From an uncultured Candidatus Saccharibacteria bacterium (GTDB taxonomy: Bacteria > Patescibacteriota > Minisyncoccia > Phycocordibacterales > Phycocordibacteraceae), in contig CAYHGO010000001.1 of NCBI GenBank assembly GCA_964356215.1, forward strand, positions 1 through 40,667: a DNA stretch of 40,667 nt, in the 5' to 3' direction. Below the pieces are notes generated by a model. That model worked only from the letters and a program-made list of their open reading frames with translations. It was not told the DNA's origin and did not search any database. The translations under genes and the position numbers were made by a program. Positions 35,754 through 40,667 of this stretch are shown one piece after another; within the stretch, counting starts at the first letter, position 1; every line of letters starts with the position of its first letter.

Positions 35754-37613
35754 ATGAAGCGGGAGACGGTACTTGGCATTTCAGCGTTCTATCACGACAG
35801 CGCGGCCGCTCTTCTTGTGGACGGCGCCATCGGTGCCGCCGCCCACGAAGAGCGCTTCACGCGCAAAAAACACGACAGCTCATTCCCCATTAGTGCGGTA
35901 ACGTACTGCCTTTCCGAATACGGTCTCAAGCCCTCAGAACTCAGCGCCGTAGCCTTTTACGACAAGCCTCTACTGAAATTCGAACGCCTGCTTGAAACGT
36001 ATCACCACTGGGCGCCGCAGGGCGTACAGGGATTCGTGGCGGCCATGCCCGTCTGGGCGAAAGAAAAACTGTTCACGCGAAGCATCATTCGCACAGAACT
36101 TGAAAAGATCGAGGGCGCACGCATTTCGGTGCCGCTTGTATTCCCTGCGCACCACCTTTCCCACGCGGCAAGCGCTTTTTATCCTTCTCCGTTTGATGAG
36201 GCCGCTATTTTGACCATTGACGGCGTTGGGGAATGGGCGACCACGACTATCGGCAAGGGTTCTGGAAACAATATTGAGCTACTTTCCGAGATGCGCTTTC
36301 CGCATTCGCTCGGACTTCTCTATTCCGCCTTCACCTACTACTGCGGCTTCAAGATTAACAGCGGCGAATACAAACTGATGGGGCTCGCGCCCTACGGCCG
36401 TGCGCACAGCCGCGAAGTCGAGGCCTATAAACGCGCCATCCTTGAACATCTCATTTCATTGAAAGAGGATGGGTCGCTGATGCTGGCGATGGATTATTTT
36501 ACTTTTACAACGACGCTCCGAACGGTTGATGACGCGAAATGGACGATGCTATTCGGCATACCGCCGCGCACTCTGGAAGCGCCGCTGACGCAGGCGTATA
36601 TGGACCTCGCGCTCGCCATACAAGAAGTCACTGAAGAGGCTATGGTGCGGCTCGCGCGTACAGCGCGAGAAATGACCGGCGCGCGCAATCTCGTTATGGC
36701 GGGCGGCGTCGCGCTCAATTGTGTCGCGAATGAGCGCATTTGTGCGGCCGGGATCTTTGATCGCGTGTGGGTCCAGCCGGCGGCGGGCGACGCCGGCGGA
36801 GCGCTCGGCGCGGCGCTCGCAGTTCGTCATATCTGGTTTGGAGCAAATCGAACGGCCGACCCCGACGACGCTATGGCAGGTTCATATCTTGGTCCCACCT
36901 ATTCTAAGCTTGACACCAAACGCATGGCCCGACATTTCAGCGCTCCCTATCGCGAATATGAAAGCGCCGATGAGGTGTGCGCCGAGGCGGCGCGGCTCAT
37001 CGCCGAGGGCAACATTGTCGGCTGGATGCAGGGACGTATGGAGTGGGGTCCGCGGGCGCTCGGCAACCGTTCCATTCTCGCCGATGCGCGCAATCCCGAA
37101 ATGCAGAAAAAGCTCAATCTGAGCATCAAGTACCGCGAAAGCTTTCGTCCGTTCGCTCCGTCCGTGCGTGAAGAAGATACAGAAGATTATTTCGAATTGC
37201 GCGGGACGTCCCCGTATATGCTCTTTACCGCTCCGATCGTCACATGGCGCCGCACTGCTACGAAGCAACATCCGAACGCGTCGCTTACGGAGCGCATCAA
37301 CATGGCGCGTTCGGACATACCAGCGATTACGCATCTTGATTACTCCGCACGCGTGCAAACCGTCTCGCGCACAACGAACGAGCGGTTCTGGAAACTCCTT
37401 ACGGCATTCAAGGATCTCACCGGCTACGGGCTCTTGGTGAATACCAGCTTCAATGTTCGCGGCGAGCCGATCGTGATGACACCCGAAGACGCATATCGCT
37501 GTTTTATGAATACCGAAATGGATTATTGCGTCATCGGCACTATACTGTTTGATAAGCGCGCTCAGCCGGCGTGGGAGAAGCGTTTAACGCTCGAATTATA
37601 TGAACCGGATTAA
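35754..37613 (+). CDS. Carbamoyltransferase, NodU/CmcH/SxtI family, 619 aa
   Basis: N-terminal LGISAFYHDSAAALLVDG.I.AA.EERFTRKKHD..FP, internal GGVALNCVAN, C-terminal YrdC/Kae1-like region and NTSFN.RGEPIV. Confidence 0.9.
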   Translation: MKRETVLGISAFYHDSAAALLVDGAIGAAAHEERFTRKKHDSSFPISAVTYCLSEYGLKPSELSAVAFYDKPLLKFERLLETYHHWAPQGVQGFVAAMPVWAKEKLFTRSIIRTELEKIEGARISVPLVFPAHHLSHAASAFYPSPFDEAAILTIDGVGEWATTTIGKGSGNNIELLSEMRFPHSLGLLYSAFTYYCGFKINSGEYKLMGLAPYGRAHSREVEAYKRAILEHLISLKEDGSLMLAMDYFTFTTTLRTVDDAKWTMLFGIPPRTLEAPLTQAYMDLALAIQEVTEEAMVRLARTAREMTGARNLVMAGGVALNCVANERICAAGIFDRVWVQPAAGDAGGALGAALAVRHIWFGANRTADPDDAMAGSYLGPTYSKLDTKRMARHFSAPYREYESADEVCAEAARLIAEGNIVGWMQGRMEWGPRALGNRSILADARNPEMQKKLNLSIKYRESFRPFAPSVREEDTEDYFELRGTSPYMLFTAPIVTWRRTATKQHPNASLTERINMARSDIPAITHLDYSARVQTVSRTTNERFWKLLTAFKDLTGYGLLVNTSFNVRGEPIVMTPEDAYRCFMNTEMDYCVIGTILFDKRAQPAWEKRLTLELYEPD

Positions 37614-38763
37614 ATCTATCGTCATACATGGACTGCTTATCTGCATAAGCATCGCGGTCACGGTCATTGTCGTGGATCTGGTATTGCAGCAGACGTCGTT
37701 TAAGTGGCGTTATATGTATCCGCTGAACGTCCGCGGAGAATATTTCCGTTATGACCCGGTGCTCGGATTCGACATCACGCCCAACTTCGCCACCACCACG
37801 CATTCCTTCGCGAACCTCTCGTATCCGGTCTGGTCCAACAGTCTCGGCTGTTTCGATTATCCCTTCGACGGCGCGTCGCCGTACATCTATGTGGCCGGCG
37901 ACAGCTTTACGTGGGGATATACGCCACTCGACGAAAAGTGGGACAAGGTCGTTGAACGTTCGACCGGCGTGCGCACACTTAATTGCGGCGTGCCAGACTA
38001 CGGCACGCGCCAAGAAGTCATAAAGGCAAAGCGCACGCTTGCGAATATTCCTCGACCTCCGAAGCTCATCATTCTAGCCCATTACGACAACGACGCGGGA
38101 GACGACGGCATGTTCCCGACATCCACCGCGTATCACGGGTATGTCGTACCGTCATGGTCATACTGCGATCCGAATTTCATGCTCGCTACCTCGCCCCTCA
38201 TAGCGACGACGACCTGCAACATAGCGAAACCGGACTATCCTCTGCTCCAGAAAATAAAAATTGAAATGGCGGCGCACTCGGTGCTGTACCTTATGGCAAA
38301 AAGGCAATTCGGTATACCAGACAAAGTGCGCAACCTCTTTATGAAGATCGCGCCGACCGCGCTCCTCAACAGTGGCCTCGCGCATGAAAATCAATCGTGG
38401 TTCGATAACCGATCGGGACTATTGGATGACGCAAGATATTGGGATGTTCACTTTTCAAATATACAGGCATTTAAGACATTGACCGATAGAAACGGTAGCC
38501 GACTCATGGTAGTGCTTATGCCTTCCTTGGGATTGGCTACGGCGACATCAACCGACCCGCTCTCGACCAACGGGCGCATGATGACCTATCTTACACAACA
38601 CCATATCCCGTATCTCGACCTGCAACCGGCGTTGCATGCGGTAGATCCGACCGGTTCGGTTCTTTATTGGAAAAACGACGTGCACTGGACACCGGCTGGA
38701 AACGCCCTTGCCGGCTCGCTCATAAGCGACTACATACGGAAACAGGGTCTGCTCTCTCCCTAA
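37600..38763 (+). CDS. Membrane-anchored SGNH/GDSL-fold hydrolase or O-acyltransferase (AlgX/AlgJ-like), 387 aa
   Basis: N-terminal TM helix (GLLICISIAVTVIVVDLVL). Block I YVAGDSFTWGY and block V-like NDVHWTPAGN. 14-nt overlap with the carbamoyltransferase gene. Confidence 0.65.
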   Translation: MNRIKSIVIHGLLICISIAVTVIVVDLVLQQTSFKWRYMYPLNVRGEYFRYDPVLGFDITPNFATTTHSFANLSYPVWSNSLGCFDYPFDGASPYIYVAGDSFTWGYTPLDEKWDKVVERSTGVRTLNCGVPDYGTRQEVIKAKRTLANIPRPPKLIILAHYDNDAGDDGMFPTSTAYHGYVVPSWSYCDPNFMLATSPLIATTTCNIAKPDYPLLQKIKIEMAAHSVLYLMAKRQFGIPDKVRNLFMKIAPTALLNSGLAHENQSWFDNRSGLLDDARYWDVHFSNIQAFKTLTDRNGSRLMVVLMPSLGLATATSTDPLSTNGRMMTYLTQHHIPYLDLQPALHAVDPTGSVLYWKNDVHWTPAGNALAGSLISDYIRKQGLLSP

Positions 38764-38769
38764 GACGCC

Positions 38770-40251
38770 ATGCCGCCCGATCGTTCGACCCCGCAATTGA
38801 CTCGCGTCTCTCTTTGGCTCACGCGTCACGGCGTTCTTCTTGCAACGCTTGCCGCGGCGGCGCTCTTGGTCTTCCTTTCAACCTATCATCTGACCGAAAG
38901 CCCGCCCATATGGACCGATGAAGGGCATCTGACGCAAGTGGCGATGAACACAGCCGTCTACGGCTTGCAAACGCAACTGCAAGTAGCACCCGGGGTGTTT
39001 GAAAGCGGAGCATTCTCCGAGACAAGTGGGTATCCGGTGCTGTTTCCGGTGGCCGCCGCATTCTATACCTTCGGCGTACATCTGCTATCCGCGCGGTCAG
39101 TGATGGTCATCTTCATCCTGCTATTCGCCCTGTGTGTATGGCAACTGGCGAAACGCGAGATGCCGCTTCTTCTTGCGACCTATGCGCTGTGGCTCATCGT
39201 GTCATTCGCTCCGCTCTACGGCAATGGCAAGAACGTATTGGGAGAAGTTCCGGGCCTTTTTTATCTGACCGCCTTTCTGTTATGTCTCACTGTCATTGAG
39301 AAAGGAGAACAATCGTGGATGCATTACATCGGCGCGGGGCTCTTTGTAGGGCTTGCCGTTTCAACCAAACCGATATTCCTTGTCGCGCTTCTTCCTGTCG
39401 CCGTCGTAGCACTCTTCTCTCCAAAGATGCTCTTGCCACTGAAAACGCTTGCCGCACTCGGCGCGTTCCTTGCCGCGACTGGCGTGTGGATATGGGTCCA
39501 GTTCGGAAATCAGACCATCGCCCACGTGATCGACTTTTATGCAAATCCATTTGCCGTGGATACAGTGGCGACGATATCCAGCAATGCGTTTCTTTTTATA
39601 AGCGCGCCGCAACCGTTTTACGCGCTCGTGCTTCTCGTTCTATGGACACTCTCGATTCCGATGCGCATCCGAAAACGGATTCCAATATCCCGAGCCGAAT
39701 ATACGGCGTTCGGGTTCGCTGTATTGATCTATCTCGCCTTCCTGCGTATTACTCCGTATTACCGCTACTACTTTGTAGGAGAAATATTCGCTCTTTTTTA
39801 TCTCCCTCTTGCACTCTGGCACGTATGGCCGCGCCGCATCCCGAAAGTGCTCTTCCATGCCGGCATCGCGCTCCTCATTGCATTCCAGATATATCAGTGT
39901 TTTTTCAGTTCGTGGGTCGCGGGTTATTACCGTTCGCATCGTACTGCAGAAGTGAGTCAGACGCTTGGCGCACTTCCAATTTCTGCATCAATCTTTATCT
40001 ACAATGCTCCTGAATTGCCGCTTTTTCTGCCGGCCGGTATGCCCTACTATCAGTATCTGTTCCTAACGCCAATTGTCATCATCGGCAAGAATGAGTTGCC
40101 GCTCATCGCGCAAGGAGTGCCTGATTTCGTGATAGTGAAGGGGGACTCCACTTCTCGGCTTGACCTCTCTTCATATCGCATCGTGCGCGAATTCGATCAG
40201 TACTCCTTGTGGCAGAAAAAATCGCTCCAAAGACCGGCGACACCCCATTAA
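38770..40251 (+). CDS. Polytopic membrane glycosyltransferase, GT-C fold (ArnT/PMT_2-like), 493 aa
   Basis: The first TM helix is followed by SPPIWTDEGH (acidic DE loop typical of GT-C enzymes), then about 11 further hydrophobic segments and a short soluble tail. Confidence 0.6.
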   Translation: MPPDRSTPQLTRVSLWLTRHGVLLATLAAAALLVFLSTYHLTESPPIWTDEGHLTQVAMNTAVYGLQTQLQVAPGVFESGAFSETSGYPVLFPVAAAFYTFGVHLLSARSVMVIFILLFALCVWQLAKREMPLLLATYALWLIVSFAPLYGNGKNVLGEVPGLFYLTAFLLCLTVIEKGEQSWMHYIGAGLFVGLAVSTKPIFLVALLPVAVVALFSPKMLLPLKTLAALGAFLAATGVWIWVQFGNQTIAHVIDFYANPFAVDTVATISSNAFLFISAPQPFYALVLLVLWTLSIPMRIRKRIPISRAEYTAFGFAVLIYLAFLRITPYYRYYFVGEIFALFYLPLALWHVWPRRIPKVLFHAGIALLIAFQIYQCFFSSWVAGYYRSHRTAEVSQTLGALPISASIFIYNAPELPLFLPAGMPYYQYLFLTPIVIIGKNELPLIAQGVPDFVIVKGDSTSRLDLSSYRIVREFDQYSLWQKKSLQRPATPH

Positions 40252-40257
40252 GCACGT

Positions 40258-40667
40258 TTAATCAATGAAACGATATTTGATGATCGTCCACAAAATCAAG
40301 AATCCGTGGCGCCAATTTATTTTCTTGCCCTCGGCATAATCCCGTGGATAATAGCGTATGGGCACGTCAAATGTACGGACACCGCGCTTGAGCAGTTTAC
40401 ATACCAGTTCATTGTCAAAATCAAAATTGTCGGTATTGACGCGAACTGAACGGAGTAGGGCCGTAGGAAATGCTTTATAGCAACCCTCGTATTCGCCAGC
40501 CGTATTCCCATACAGCACGTTCGTGAGGAGGGTGATGGCGCCATTCCCCACAAGCCCAAAATAGTGTATGTACCAATCGGCGTGTCGCGGCGTTTCCCTC
40601 ACTCCGAGCACCGCTTCCGTGACGCCCTTAAGGATAGGTTCGATGACCTTCGCGTAATCATCCGGAT
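40258..40667 (-). CDS. Family 2 glycosyltransferase (polyprenyl-phosphate sugar synthase type), C-terminal part only; 5' end lies beyond the window
   Basis: The frame stays open to the window edge (…PDDYAKVIEPILKGVTEAVLGVRE…). The region …YKAF…NFDFDNELVCKLLKRGVRTFDVPIRYYPR..AEGKKINW is the typical C-terminal core of DPM1/GtrB-like GT2 enzymes. Confidence 0.65.
   Translation of the reverse strand, partial: PDDYAKVIEPILKGVTEAVLGVRETPRHADWYIHYFGLVGNGAITLLTNVLYGNTAGEYEGCYKAFPTALLRSVRVNTDNFDFDNELVCKLLKRGVRTFDVPIRYYPRDYAEGKKINWRHGFLILWTIIKYRFID

Noticed and set aside
35624-35893. 89-aa ORF from the track overlapping the carbamoyltransferase start
   Set aside because: It has an Arg/Ser-rich translation and overlaps two better-supported frames: the 49-aa DUF5989-like ORF at 35602..35751 and the carbamoyltransferase from 35754.
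1-40667. Search for CRISPR arrays, tRNA/rRNA genes, transposases, integrases, toxin-antitoxin or known defence modules
   Set aside because: I saw no regularly spaced direct repeats, no cloverleaf-compatible segments in the short intergenic regions, and no ORFs with DDE, tyrosine or serine recombinase, nuclease-helicase or TA-like signatures. The only DNA repeats are the intragenic paralog tracts at 6304..6752 and 7999..8447.

Overview
The window is almost entirely (about 696..40667) one densely packed surface-glycan biosynthesis and tailoring locus. I found no rRNA, tRNA, CRISPR array, integrase, transposase or recognisable defence genes. About 40 genes sit in roughly 10 transcription blocks. 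A 13-gene minus-strand operon (14225->696) holds PseB/PseC-type UDP-GlcNAc 4,6-dehydratase and 4-aminotransferase, a class III (GSA-aminomutase-like) aminotransferase, a divergent DegT-like protein, a tandemly duplicated methyltransferase + FemAB/GNAT-like module, two ~620-aa TagF-like paralogs, a GT2 and an IMPase-family phosphatase. A plus operon carries a split transketolase and a UXS-like SDR. A self-contained gmd-colD-fcl/colC (GDP-colitose type) cassette has its own terminators and is bracketed by inverted, distantly paralogous GT-A-like genes. Further genes encode a Gmm-like Nudix hydrolase, GT4 x2, GT9, FkbM methyltransferase x2, a GalE-like epimerase and three polytopic GT-C-like membrane proteins paired with two polyprenyl-phosphate-type GT2s. 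A plus-strand tailoring operon holds an adenylate-forming enzyme fused to a GNAT-like domain, a CysE-like hexapeptide acetyltransferase, an SxtJ-like membrane protein, a 49-aa DUF5989/SxtK-like ORF missing from the ORF track, a NodU/CmcH carbamoyltransferase and a membrane-anchored SGNH protein. Points worth following up: PseB/PseC occur without the rest of the pseudaminic acid pathway but next to putative aminoacyl/methyl tailoring modules; a near-identical 107-bp tract is shared by otherwise diverged paralogs; the ANL-GNAT fusion has no carrier protein nearby; the SxtI/J/K-like trio sits in a glycan context; and no initiating phosphoglycosyltransferase, flippase, polymerase or ABC exporter is recognisable. 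All functional calls rest on motif and family recognition by eye, since no searches could be run. Several long ORFs in the track are antisense shadow ORFs or artefactual N-terminal extensions, and I corrected starts accordingly.
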